Assembly: GCA_030324005.1 (NCBI GenBank) | Contig: JARDVH010000121.1 | Location: forward strand, 41,766,901-41,830,900 | Direction of reading: 5' to 3' | DNA from: Negaprion brevirostris | Taxonomy: Eukaryota | DNA: 64,000 nucleotides | Shown here: one piece after another, positions 40,491-52,249 of the stretch | Position numbering within the stretch: position 1 is the first letter of the stretch | Layout: each line of letters begins with the position of its first letter | Made by a program: the position numbers and the translations under genes | Notes under the pieces: model-generated | What the model was told of the DNA's origin: nothing | The model's database searches: none | The model's input: the letters and a program-made list of their open reading frames with translations, nothing else

Positions 40491-41831
40491 GCTTTAACTC
40501 TTCCCCACTAGTTAGTGGTATATAGAATTCACCCAGAGTAATGTCACCTCAATTGTTTCTCTATTCCAGCTAAATAGATTCTGTCCTTGATCCCTCTAGG
40601 GCATCACTGATGTTCAACCCCCTAATATTCTCCTTATTTAGTACTCCTCCTATTTCTTCTCCTTTTATCTCTTCCCTTGTATTCCAGAATATTTATTGCT
40701 CAGTCCTGCCCTGTTTTGAGCCAGGTTTCTGTTAACTCCATTGCATTATTTTCCCATGGGGTTATCTGTACTTCCAGTTCAGCAACCTTATTTACATTTA
40801 CGTACATGTACACTAAGCATAATTTGGACTGTACTGCATTCCTTCTTAGTCTAATCTCACTGACACGTTACTTTTATTACACAAGTGCTATCTGTTTCTC
40901 CTCCCTACCTTGTGTCTCCATTCTGATGCACCATCCTGGCTCCAGCCTCCAACCAACCCTCCCCAACANNNNNNNNNNNNNNNNNNNNNNNNNNNNNNNN
41001 NNNNNNNNNNNNNNNNNNNNNNNNNNNNNNNNNNNNNNNNNNNNNNNNNNNNNNNNNNNNNNNNNNNNAGTAGTTAAATACCCCATGAAGCTATTGATGC
41101 TTGTTCAGTTCTGGTGGAGCACATCCTAATTTTTAAATGAAATTGTGCAGGAGGTGCTTAATGTACGTACGACTTGCTTCAATTTTACAGAGCTTTCATT
41201 AGACTACATTTCGAGTGCTAGGTATGTTTTTGACTCCGCATCTAGGGAAGGATATACTTGCCTTAGAAGTGAAGCAACTAAGGTTCACTAAATGGATTCT
41301 TGGTAGTCCTCTGTGAAGAAGTTGAACACAATGGACATACACTCCCTGTAGTTTAGTAAAATTAAACATCCAAGATGCATAGAGGGCTTGAGGAATTGCT
41401 GAGAGGCTGTTTCACTTGAGTGGAGAGTCCAGAACTAGGCAATTTGGATTCAGGAAAAGGGATCGGTCATTTAGGGTTGAGATGAGGAGAAATATCTCTG
41501 CGTCAAATAGCTTTGAACTTTCAATTATTGGGTATTTGCAAGGCTAAGCTGGATAAGTTTCTGAACATTAAAAGAATCAAGGCACTTGGAGATCAGATGG
41601 AAGGTAAATTCAGGTCAAAGATCAGCCATGATCTTATTAAATGGTAGAACTGGCTTAAGGGGCTGTACAGCTAGTCCTGCTCTTTTTTCATAGGATAGTC
41701 AGCACCTTCAGGAGAGGTGAAGACCTCATTAGGGACCAGATCAGAAAGTCCAAGTTATATTATGACTTTAGCTTACATCCCAACTGTCTTTCATTTTGTC
41801 ATTAATATAAGCATAAGGTGTTTGGCTCAGG

Positions 41832-42575
41832 TGTGATTCTATTGACCTACTAGGAAGCTTTTACTAAAACAAGCTTTATTTAACAATACCATTTAACAAT
41901 AACCAAAAAGATTAGCATGATTCTCAACAACTGAAATACTTAAACATGACAAGGTAGAATTCTTAACTGCTGGCTATCTCTATTAGTTCCAATTTAAGCA
42001 ATATCCCCATAAGCATAAAGTCCTCTGCAGAATCAGTTAGCAAAATACACAGGCTTCGGCTTGCTAGTTATTCAGTCTTTTAACACCTCTGGACAGAGAT
42101 ATAGAGAGACACCTGTCTTCTAACTCTCAGACAACAATCTCTAGAGATAGACCTGTCTTCAAACAGTAGAACTCCAGAGGGGGAGAAAACCTCTGGAGAA
42201 ATAGTAGGTTCCAAACTTCAATTTCCAGAGAAAGAGGAAGAGAAAAAGCTACTGCTCTGTACAAATTCAAACAGCAACTGCCTGCTTGTCTCTGTAAGCT
42301 TAGCTCTGCCCATTCACATGATTTTCTTCTTGTCAATCAACCTAATTAAGCCCTTCTCTAAACCCCAGGGGAAAACCCTAAACACAACAAAACTGCATTC
42401 ATTCAGATTAAAACAAACACCCAATAGCTAGGTGCAGTTATTCTTCTGCATGCTCAATATGTGGGCTGACAGTTGCAGACAATTTGACTCCATTTAAACA
42501 GAGTTCAAGTTTAAAACATTCCCTTCACAAGAAACATGACACAAATACACTTCTTAAAGGCACAGTATCATCACA
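41832..42575 (-). mobile_element. Probable solo LTR
   Basis: tgtgat...atcaca termini and a minus-strand AATAAA at about 41875. No clear TSD. Confidence 0.45.
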
Positions 42576-43184
42576 ACCCGTACCTCAATGAGCATCAGCA
42601 CCTTCAGGAGAGATGGGACTAATACCTGAGAGCCAAGACCCTCAGTAAAGGTCATACCCAGGCACAGACAGCCCTTTCAGGAGAAATGTGATGCTGCAAC
42701 AATTTCTATGAGCATCAACATCTTCAGGGAAGGAGCGGAAAATGGAGCAAAAAGAGAGCGAGAAGAGTGAACATTAATTATTCGAGAGGTAAAAGGGGAT
42801 TTCATAGATAGATAGAGAGAAGATGTTTCCACTTATCAGAATCCCAGAATATAGGGGCTTTAGATATAAAAAAATCAACTATAGATCCATTAAGGAATTC
42901 AAGAGAAACTTTACCCAAAGAATGGTAAGAATGTGGATCACAAGGAGTAGTTGAGACAATCACCACAGGTGCAATCAAGGGATAGCTCAGTAAATTGGGA
43001 GAAAGGAATGAAGGAGTTTGCTGATAGGGTCAGAGGGGTGGGAGACGGCTCTTATGGAACTTAAATTCAAACTGATCCCATTGTATGGCCCAATTTGGTG
43101 CTGTAAATTCCACATTATTCTAAACTGAGGCTTTTTCTGCTCTCTCAAACAAATACGAAAGATCCAAAGGCACTATTTTGAAAC

Positions 43185-43270
43185 AGTAAGAAGTCTCACA
43201 ACATCAGGTTACAGTCCAACAGGTTTATTTGGAATCACAAGCTCTCGGAGCGCTGCTTCTTCCTCAAGTA
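43185..43270. mobile_element. Penelope-like terminal fragment
   Basis: agtaagaagtctcacaacatcaggttacagtccaacaggtttatttggaatcac. The same terminus occurs at 37733-37760. Family assignment is from recall. Confidence 0.5.
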
Positions 43271-43502
43271 AGTTTTGTAAATCAGCAGTGGATTTTCCCC
43301 CATGGTTTGATCCATAGTTATTCTTCAACCAACAGTACAAAAACAATTAATCTGGTCATTAACATACAAATTAGCTGCTGTGTTTCCCTCATTACAAAAG
43401 TAACGACTTTAAAAGTACATCCGAAGGCTCCAGTTAAATACATGCATTTCTTCTATTTCCATCCCATCGTTGTTTGTGTACTGTTTTACAATTTAGATTT
43501 AC

Positions 43503-43556
43503 CTTTGGTCCCTGAAGACCTTCTCTCCCTGGAGGGCCCTGAGGACCTGGAAGACC
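43503..43556 (-). CDS. COL20A1: Collagen XX exon, COL2 (54 bp)
   Basis: Encodes GLPGPQGPPGREGLQGPK; ends in GLQGPK as in mammalian COL20A1. Confidence 0.92.
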
Positions 43557-44051
43557 CTAAGGAGAAATAAAAGCAATATAGGTTTGACCATTTAAAGTCA
43601 TGTATTGTTCAATGAGCAAACTAATTACTGTGATTTTATCTTTCCTTTCCCACAAGTTCTCTCCTTCCCAAACTCTTATTGGAATGCAATTCCAGGAATG
43701 CTAACGTCATGCTGGGTCCACACAAGTGGTCAGTTTCCATCTGTGATCCCACCAAATGGGCTGTGGGCAGTTACTCAACTTACTATAACCGAAACCATGT
43801 TTCTAGTGCAGTTTGTAGATTCAGCTTCCATAAGGTAGAAACATTTTAGCATCAGATGTAACCAATGACACTGCATCACAAATCATCCCAGTGCACAGCT
43901 TTCTGCTTATGAGTGGCTGAATCGTCTTCTTCTCCTTCTGAGCACCCACCATCACAGTGCATAGCCAATCCTATTCACTCCATGTGATCTCAAGAAATGA
44001 TAGAATGCACTAGATGTTGCAAAAGTCAAGGATCCTGGCTCTAGCTCTAGG

Positions 44052-44385
44052 GTGCTGAACTGGGGGAAGGCGAGCTATAGCCGGATTAGGAAGGAGCTGA
44101 ATGATACTGATTGGGAGGGGCTGTTTGCAGTCAAGTCCACGGTTGGCAAGTGGGAGGCTTTCAAGGGTAAACTGATAATGTTGCAAGAAAGGCATGTGCC
44201 GGTAAAGAGGAAGGATGGGAAAGGCAGGATTAGAGAGCCATGGATCACAGGGGGTATTGAGGACTTGGTCAGGAAGAAGGCGGCGGCATATATTAGGTCA
44301 AAACAATTGGGAACGGAGAGTGCGCTGGAGGAATATAGAGAGAGTAGGAGGGAGCTTAAAATGGGAGTTAGAAGGGCGAAAAGGG
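44052..44385 (+). mobile_element. Young CR1 ORF2 fragment (EN-RT linker), cut by a gap
   Basis: Open frame LNWGKASYSRIRKELNDTDWEGLF...WEAFKGKL...EPWIT. Confidence 0.85.
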
Positions 44386-44664
44386 NNNNNNNNNNNNNNN
44401 NNNNNNNNNNNNNNNNNNNNNNNNNNNNNNNNNNNNNNNNNNNNNNNNNNNNNNNNNNNNNNNNNNNNNNNNNNNNNNNNNNNNNGTTTCCTCCAGCTGC
44501 TCCAGTTTTATCCCACAGTCCAAAAGACTGGTTAGGGGCACTGGCCATGCTAAATTCTCCCTCAGTGTACCCGAACAGGCACCGGAGTGTGGTGACTATG
44601 GGACATTGCAGTGTTAATGTAAACCTACTTATGACAGTAATAAATAAATTTAAACTTAAAGCTA

Positions 44665-45630
44665 GCATCTATCTAACAAAGTGCAAAATTGCTCAGGTAT
44701 GTTCTGTCCACCAAAAGCAGAACAAATCCAATCTGGCCAATTATTGCCCCATCAATCTATTCTCAGTCATTAGCAAAGTGATGGGCAGTGTCACTGACAT
44801 GCTACCAAATGATACTCATTTACCAACAGATCGCTAACCAATGTCCAGTTTCCTCAGCTCCACACCTCATTACAACCTTGGTCCAAGTTTGGACACAAGT
44901 GCTGAACTATAGATTGCACAGTGTTTAATTCCATTCAGAATTCTTCACATAATGAAGCTGTTTGTGTCCACGTGTTGAAAAGACTTGGACAACAATCAGG
45001 CTTGGGCTGTTAAGTGGCAGATAGCATTCACGCTTTGCAAGGGCCAGGGAATCACTATTAACATTCACAGAGAGTCCAACTACATTCCCTTCAATGGCAT
45101 TATCATCAGTGAATCCTCTAACATCAAAATCCTGCAAGTCATCATTGACCAGAAACATATCTGGATTACTTTGGCTTCAAAAGCAGGTCAGAGACTGGAT
45201 ATTCTCCAGTGGTTGTCTCATTTCCTGACTCCTCCAAACGTTTTCATATGTCCGAGGAACAAGGCAAGAATGTAATGGAATAATCGCTGCTTACCTGGAT
45301 GAGTCCAGCTCCAACAACACTCAAGAAGCTCAACATCATGCAAGACAAAGCAATCTACTTGATTGGCACCCCATCCAACATCTTAAATATTTATTCTACC
45401 TATTTCCGCCACACAGTGGCAGCAGCATGTACTATCTATAAGATGCACTGCAGCAACAAGCCAACTTCTCATAAATCCAATTAGGACAAGGGAAGAAGGT
45501 GCATGGGAATGCAAGTTCCCATTCAAGTTACACACCATCCTGACTCAGAGATAAATCTCTGTTGCTTCAGCAGCATGGATGAAAATGCTGGCACTCCCTC
45601 CCTGACTGCACCATGGTAGTACCTACACTA
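44665..45630 (+). mobile_element. CR1-group LINE family A fragment
   Basis: HQKQNKSNLANYCPINLFSVISKVM and WAVKWQ motifs. Confidence 0.75.
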
Positions 45631-45861
45631 CACAGCCACATAAAATGAGACTCTATAGTCCAGAGTTAATGTTGTAACATTGTAAAATGTCCCAAAATTC
45701 TTCATGTAGAAGAGAAACAAGCCAAAGAAGAATAAAAGAATCAAGACAAGATGGCAGAAAGTATGATTTAGTAGGGGAACTTCAGAGGATAGAAACTAAA
45801 TGGTTGAAAAGTCAGCCATGACATAAAGAACACAAAACCTGTGCTGGTTGGGTCAGAATCT

Positions 45862-46495
45862 ATTCCCCATCCATAATTGCCCTTGAAGGGTGGTGGTCAG
45901 CTGCCTTCTTGAACTGCTGCAGTCCACATAGTGTAGATACACCCACAGTGCTGTTAGGGAGGGAGTCACAGGATTTTGACCCAGCAACAGTAAAGGAAGG
46001 CGATGTATTTCTAAGTCAGGATGGTATGGCTTGGAGGGGAACTTCCAGGTGGTGGTGTTCCCATGTAACTGCTGCCCTTGTCCTTCTAGAAGGTAGTGAT
46101 CATGGGTTTGGAAGATTGGAGACAGTGAGCCAGGTTGTGAGTTGTTTGCCACAGGATTCCTAGCCTTTGACCTGCTTTTGTAACCATAGTGTTTATATGG
46201 CAAGTCAAGTTTAGTTTCTCGTCAATGGTAACTCCCAGGATATTGAAAATGGGGGATTCAGTGATGGAATGCCATTGAGCTCTTGCTGGAGATGACACTT
46301 GTGTGGCACGAATGTTACTTCCTACTTGTTAGCCCAAGCCTGGATATTGTCCAGGACTCACTGCATTTGAATATGGACTGCTTCAGTATCCGATGAGTCA
46401 TCCATAGTGCTAATCACCAATGGTGCAATCATTAGCAAACATCTCCACTTCTGGCCTTATAATGGAAGGAAAGTTATTGATGAAGCAACTGAAGA
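45862..46495 (-). mobile_element. CR1-group LINE family A fragment, reverse
   Basis: Reverse complement of the family A 3' end; ILGVTIDEKL motif. Confidence 0.75.
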
Positions 46496-47048
46496 TGAAT
46501 CAACTGTACTTGAATCACCTTGCAAAACAGAATCATGAGTTTGAAATCAATGCATGTGGAGGCTGGGAAACTCAGTGAGGGCAGGATGATGGGTAAATAA
46601 GACTTCGTGCAAGAGTTGCGTGGCTATCATTCTGTAGACAGAGACAAAGGGGGAAGAAAAATTACAGTTCAACTCAAAAGAAAACTCTTTTTAAAATTCA
46701 TCTGACAAGAATCTATTCTGAAATTTGTAAATTGAACTACACCAGGACAGAATAGTCTCTCCTCTGCTGCATTCCCAAAGTGGGATGGACAAGTGCATTG
46801 GATAAGGGAGTTTCCAGACGCTTTATCATCTAACTCTTTCAACCTCTATCTTCAAAACATTGCTGTCTTCAGAAGATTCTAAATTGCCTTTAACCACTTA
46901 ATAGTTTTAATTATTTTAAAATTTTCTTTCGTGGAAAATCCATTTCTTCAGAATCTTAAGATTGATATTGTTCTGAGTCTTAAGAGTATTCCACTGACCG
47001 AATAATTCACTGAAAAAGCAGCAAGTGTATTACTGTTTGAAACTTTAC

Positions 47049-47102
47049 CTGGTTGTTTCTTTGTCCAGGGTCACCTTTCTGCCCCTTTTCACCCGGAGGT
47101 CC
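47049..47102 (-). CDS. COL20A1: Collagen XX exon, COL2 (54 bp)
   Basis: Encodes GPPGEKGQKGDPGQRNNQ; typical 54 bp collagen exon, but the last triplet lacks Gly. Confidence 0.9.
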
Positions 47103-47251
47103 CTTTTTAAAGGAAGGAAAGATAAGGATATTGGTGAAATATTTCAAATTTTACCCCACATTAGTCATATTTTCTCCTCTAAGCACTGCCAACAAATGCA
47201 GAATTCTGTGTTTTAACATTTATGTTGTAATCATGAATAATATATACTTAC

Positions 47252-47347
47252 TACAGGTCCCCGTACACTCGGTCCTCTTGCCCCTGGAGGTCCAGGTGGA
47301 CCTTCTAATCCGCGAGGCCCTGTCTTACCAATTGGACCTTCTTGACC
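47252..47347 (-). CDS. COL20A1: Collagen XX exon, COL2 (96 bp, with imperfection)
   Basis: Encodes GQEGPIGKTGPRGLEGPPGPPGARGPSVRGPV; canonical splice sites. Confidence 0.92.
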
Positions 47348-48284
47348 CTGTAAAACAAACATTGCACTCGAACTGCAGGAATTTCTACAAATAGATTCAT
47401 TGCTTGTTCATCCCTTATTTTGTTTCAACATCTAATTTTTTTCCCCCTTTGGGGAACATTATCAAACTGAATATCCACACCTTTGAACCACAGCACGTTC
47501 ACTCCTTCAGTGTTTAACACTACCTGAAGCGGGACTTGAACCTGGAACTTCTGGCTCAGAGATAGCAGAACTACCTACCAAGCCACTAAACCACCTGGTT
47601 GATGAGGGATGANNNNNNNNNNNNNNNNNNNNNNNNNNNNNNNNNNNNNNNNNNNNNNNNNNNNNNNNNNNNNNNNNNNNNNNNNNNNNNNNNNNNNNNN
47701 NNNNNNNNNNNNNNNNNNNNNNNNNNNNNNNNNNNNNNNNNNNNNNNNTTAAGAGATCTAATTCATAGTCAGTTTTTTTCTTAATGCATCTGACTTTTTT
47801 AAAGTCAAGAATGAATAAATGCTTTTCAACTTGTCACAGGCATTTGAACAAAACTTGGATCATTTTAATGGAGAGTGGGTCTGATAAAAGGGCAATACTT
47901 CATATGGCCTCAAGTTAATCATGTTCTCAAAAGTACAGCCATATAATGGCAGCACTTGCTTCAATGAGTACACCTCAAAAGTACTCCCTCCATTGACTGC
48001 TGAGTGCTATGTGACATCAAAGTCACAAGTGCAAAGTCTTTCTTTCTTAAGAAGAATTTTAGATAAACACAATAAGTGCTTTCACACAACTAGCCTACAT
48101 GGCCAAAGAGTAAATAATTGAAGATCAGGCATCAGACAGAATAACACATTAGTCAATTTACTCTGCCTTTCATATCACAAGAATATGAAGACAAATTTCA
48201 ATTGCATGCAAAAATTATCCTGAGAATCACAATGCATTGATCCATGCCCTTTCCATGTAAAACTTGCATTGCCTGTTTACTAAT

Positions 48285-48525
48285 ACTCTCTTCCACCTTC
48301 TTCCATCTGGAAATAGGTGCAAAAGTCTGAGGACACATACGAATCGATTCAAGAACAGCTTCTTCCCGACTGCCATCAAACTTTTGATTGGACCTAACTC
48401 ACACAAAGTTGTTCTGCACTCTCTCCTTTCTTTCTCTATGAACGGTATGCTTTGTCTGCAGAGCGCGCAAGAAACAATACTTTTCACTGTATACTAATAC
48501 ATGTGACAATAATAAATCAAATCAA
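48285..48525 (+). mobile_element. Rex-Babar LINE 3' end
   Basis: LFHLLPSGNRCKSLRTHTNRFKNSFFPTAIKLL and an aataaatcaaatcaaa tail, as at 55040. Confidence 0.85.
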
Positions 48526-48617
48526 AAGTTCCTGAATAATTCATCCAACTCAGGTCTGCAGTTTGCAATTAAGGCTGTTTCAGCTGTTCATTTTTCAACA
48601 GTGATAATTATTTTATC

Positions 48618-48935
48618 TTTTTTTATTCTTTATTCCAATTCAATCCAATCAAATAAAATCCAATTCAGAGTTCCAACAAGTTGGGACAGTCCCGATCCAA
48701 GCTGACAAGACAGGGCTCTCACCTCCTGTCTTGGGCTTGATCTACACGATCCAAGCTGATTGGATTAGGTATGGCTACTCCTCCAAGGCGTGCTCTTATT
48801 TGCATCTTCGCCAAAAGGCCGAGATGCTGCTTTAAAATATTGCTTCAAATGAAGCTAAAATGTAACCTAATGACTTCAACCAAGTACAGCATACTGATAC
48901 TACACTTGATCTGAGCCAAAAGACCGAGAAGCGAT
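48618..48935 (-). mobile_element. U2 snRNA-headed short retroposon (SINEU-like or U2 chimera)
   Basis: 48935-48896 matches U2 nt 1-40 at 38/40 against the vertebrate consensus I recall. A non-U2 body follows, ending in AATAAAGAATAAAAAAA. A 15 bp direct repeat gataattattttatc lies at 48603-48617 and 48933-48947. Confidence 0.85.
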
Positions 48936-49081
48936 AATTATTTTATCCAATATATTGTTTAATTAACTGTGACTTTGTGTCTACATTTGCTCTCCAGTGC
49001 AACATTCCCTATCCCTATTTTGACAATAACACTATGGTCATACTGAGTTGCGTATTGTGTGATTACAAATGGTCTACTCAC

Positions 49082-49168
49082 TGGTGGCCCCAAAGGCCCT
49101 GGTTGTCCTTGCATAGCTGATGAACATGTGCAAGCATGGACACGGGGAGGACACGCCAAATCATCTCT
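49082..49168 (-). CDS. COL20A1: Collagen XX exon, NC3/COL2 junction
   Basis: 87 bp, GTGAGT donor. Encodes RDDLACPPRVHACTCSSAMQGQPGPLGPP. Confidence 0.92.
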
Positions 49169-49748
49169 CTAAAACCAGAAAAATACTTCAATGAATACAA
49201 CTTCTACAGCACATTTAAAACAGAGATCCCAAAGTAGAAAACAACTATTAAGTGTTGCGAGCGATACAGCAATGGAATTTCTATTAATCTTCTTTATTCA
49301 ACTTACTTCTATTGTCGTGTTATATATCTTTTATCTGACAATGTGTCAGAGTCAAAGAATCTCTACAGTGCAGAAGGAGGCCATTCTGCCCATCGAGTCT
49401 GCACTGACTCACCAACAGAGAGCTTGAAATACGCACCATACTCTGAACATCACATACAGTTACAGCCACAGTGCTATCAGAAAAAAAGCCAGCCTCACTT
49501 CAATTTGCTGCCTGAAAATTGCTGGCATTTTCTCATCTATTCACAGCACAGTCATGAATAAACTGTAACTTATCTAAGGCTGTAACTTATCTAAGGCTAT
49601 GTTTACTTAACAACGGAAATACTTTGTGCTTTTGGAGAATCACAAATATGTTCTACTGGTGGAATAATACTTTGAACATTATATGGTATACTTTTCTCCT
49701 TATTATCAATTGACCTCTAGCAAAAATGTATGTACTAACTTCAATGTT

Positions 49749-49820
49749 GACTGATTAGCTCAGTTGGTTAGTGTATGCAGCTAACAATGCTAACGTTATG
49801 TGTTCAATCTCTGACCAGTG
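49749..49820 (+). pseudogene. Degenerate tRNA-Ile(AAT)-like sequence or isolated SINE head
   Basis: GACTGATTAGCTCAGTTGGTTAG...GCTAACAATGCTAACG...GTTCAATC aligns with tRNA-Ile. Many CpG-type transitions; stems are broken. Confidence 0.6.
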
Positions 49821-50594
49821 TGGCTATGCTATTTATTTTAATTTGTTATAAGCAGTTTATGTCACCAGGTCCACTTTATTTCCATGATTGTAGTCTCAAG
49901 CTTAAGTTCGGTAATTTGTTTTCTCATCAGTGAAATTTGAAGAAATATTAAAATGTTTTAATTAAATCATCATAGAATCCCTATAGTGCAGAAGGAAACC
50001 ATTCAGCCTATTAAATTTGCACTGACTGTCCAGAAGAACATCCTACGCAGGCCCACACACCCTATCCCTGTAACTCCACGCATTTACCAAGGCTAAATGT
50101 TATGGGTGCTATTTATCCGGCTAGGTTGATAAAAGGAGTTAAATGCTACCAATTATAAAAAAATGGTGACTTTGCAGGCCCATTTTTTAATTGTGTTTCA
50201 TTTACCTGGGCCAATTGTACATGTCAAATTGCAATTTTTGCCTCCGTCAGATAGTAATGGGTTCAACATGAGTACGTAACTTAGGCTGATACTCTAGTCT
50301 AGTACAGAAGGAATGCTGCATCATTGGAGAGATTAACTTACAGATGAGATATTAAATGGAGGCTATAATGCATACAAAAGATTCCATAGCAGTATTCAAA
50401 TTCAAGCAATTTTTCCAATGTCCAAATAACTTTCCTTCCTCAACCAATGTGCAACCAGCCATTTTCTTACTGGTGGACTATAATGCTGGTAATTGCTTGC
50501 TTTGTTTCCCTATGAAACATGTAACTAACTGTTTGCATGCTAGCATACAAACTAACCTTTAAGACTCAGTTTATTAATTTGACACTAAACTCAC

Positions 50595-50672
50595 CAATGC
50601 GGGGACTTCGCAGCAGTTGTCCATGTCAGCCCAGGAAGTATTGCAAACCATTGCAAATGTCTGCAACTGAAA
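50595..50672 (-). CDS. COL20A1: Collagen XX exon, end of TSPN
   Basis: 78 bp, after an 81 bp intron. Encodes FQLQTFAMVCNTSWADMDNCCEVPAL, matching the FACIT FQLQ..C...W....CCE.P motif. Confidence 0.93.
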
Positions 50673-50753
50673 CTGAAGAAACAATTAAACAGAATTAAAA
50701 ATACAAACAAAGCCCATCAAAGAAATGAAACAGTCTGATCCGTAATCACTTAC

Positions 50754-50912
50754 TGGTACTGAACCATTGCTAGCTCCCTGGGTTTTAACAAGCCTCCCAA
50801 GCATCTCAAATCCTTTTGTGGAGATTTTCCCCATAGCATTAATGAACTTTTCTCCAATCTTCCTGCAGTCAATATAAAGCTTGACATTTGTCCTACTCAC
50901 TGCCAAATGGAC
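50754..50912 (-). CDS. COL20A1: Collagen XX exon, TSPN part 4
   Basis: 159 bp, phase 0/0. Encodes VHLAVSRTNVKLYIDCRKIGEKFINAMGKISTKGFEMLGRLVKTQGASNGSVP. Confidence 0.93.
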
Positions 50913-52249
50913 CTAGAGAAATGGGAAAGACCAGTTTAAGATTGGTACTATTTGCAATTAATATTTTACTCATGATATGATGAAGGTTCATTAAGAATGA
51001 TCTTGCAAGGCTAGTGAACAAGTAACATATCGCAAACAGAAGGACGGGACTGGAAACAATTCTGTGGGTTAATCTGATCAGTGCCAAAGATTAATATCTT
51101 TCAGTTGTTCGGTTTCTTAAACATTTAACCTTAATCTTCTTTCATGCAACTTGTCTCTGCTCCATATTTAATTCACTAAGTTGCTAAACTGAAACAGCAT
51201 GTATTCCTTCTTCTAAATGCCTGTCTGTGTCCTTGGTCCTAGAGTTTATGATGAAAAGATTAATAATCACATAAGTTTAAAAAAATCACATAAGCTGCAA
51301 GCTGAACTTTGGTCACATAGGGAAGCTATGTGCAAATGACAGGTCTTAATTAAACTAAACCCAGATAAGAGTCAAGGACCATTTAATTAAATGATCTGCA
51401 GCTTCACTCATGTCTGCCCATTAGAATAAGGAACACTGGAAAGGGAGGTTGAAGTACCATTGGTCATAGATATAGTTATCATTTTTGATGATATTACACA
51501 CACGAGTTTTAATTGGATATTATACTCTTTTGTATGCATGATGTAACCTTAACTATGATTTGGGTAGAGATAACTCCCATAATTCTATTGGTATATGATA
51601 ATTACTTGTAATTGGAGTCAAACCTATAATTGCCTATGTATTTCTGAATTTTTCACTCTTAATGACTTCATTCAGAGTCCTATAGCTATTGTCTTCTTTT
51701 AATAAATTCATTTTAAACCACTCTGTGAGTTTGTTTGGCTACTTGAGGAGAAGGATAGCTTTAAGTACAACAAGAAATCATCGTAACAGCTCTGTAACAA
51801 CAGCAATCTCAAATGTTTTATCCATTTATCTACTCCTCAAGAATCTTGAACATTTCCCTCAAGCCTTCTCTTCCACAAATTAAACACTATAACTCTCCCA
51901 ACTCTTCACAAACCAAATCAGTCTGGTTGACGTATTTTGCACAGTCTACAATACTTGGATATTCTTTCTGTAGTGACCAGCTTTGAAAGAGTGACCACTC
52001 CAGTGTCTTGTATAGACTATCACTTCCTGCAATTTGTTCTCTCTTCCTTCACTGATACATCCCAGAATGTGGTTAGGTTTCTTCACTGCTGCTGGTAACA
52101 GTAAACGATCCCCCAATGTTCCCACACTCCTTGCTTGTGAGTTGTCGAACTGCCTAGAACATTTCCACATTTATTTTCCTTGTCTTGCTACCTTACATTT
52201 TCCGAATTTCTAACCTTGGCTTCCTTTAATATCCTTAGGCTCCAGGGAA

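Noticed and set aside
48896-48935. Functional U2 snRNA gene
   Set aside because: Only nt 1-40 are present. There is no Sm site or 3' stem-loops, and the segment sits inside a TSD-flanked insertion.
49563-49598. 17 bp tandem duplication ctgtaacttatctaagg
   Set aside because: Ordinary slippage duplication with two units and no spacers; not an array.
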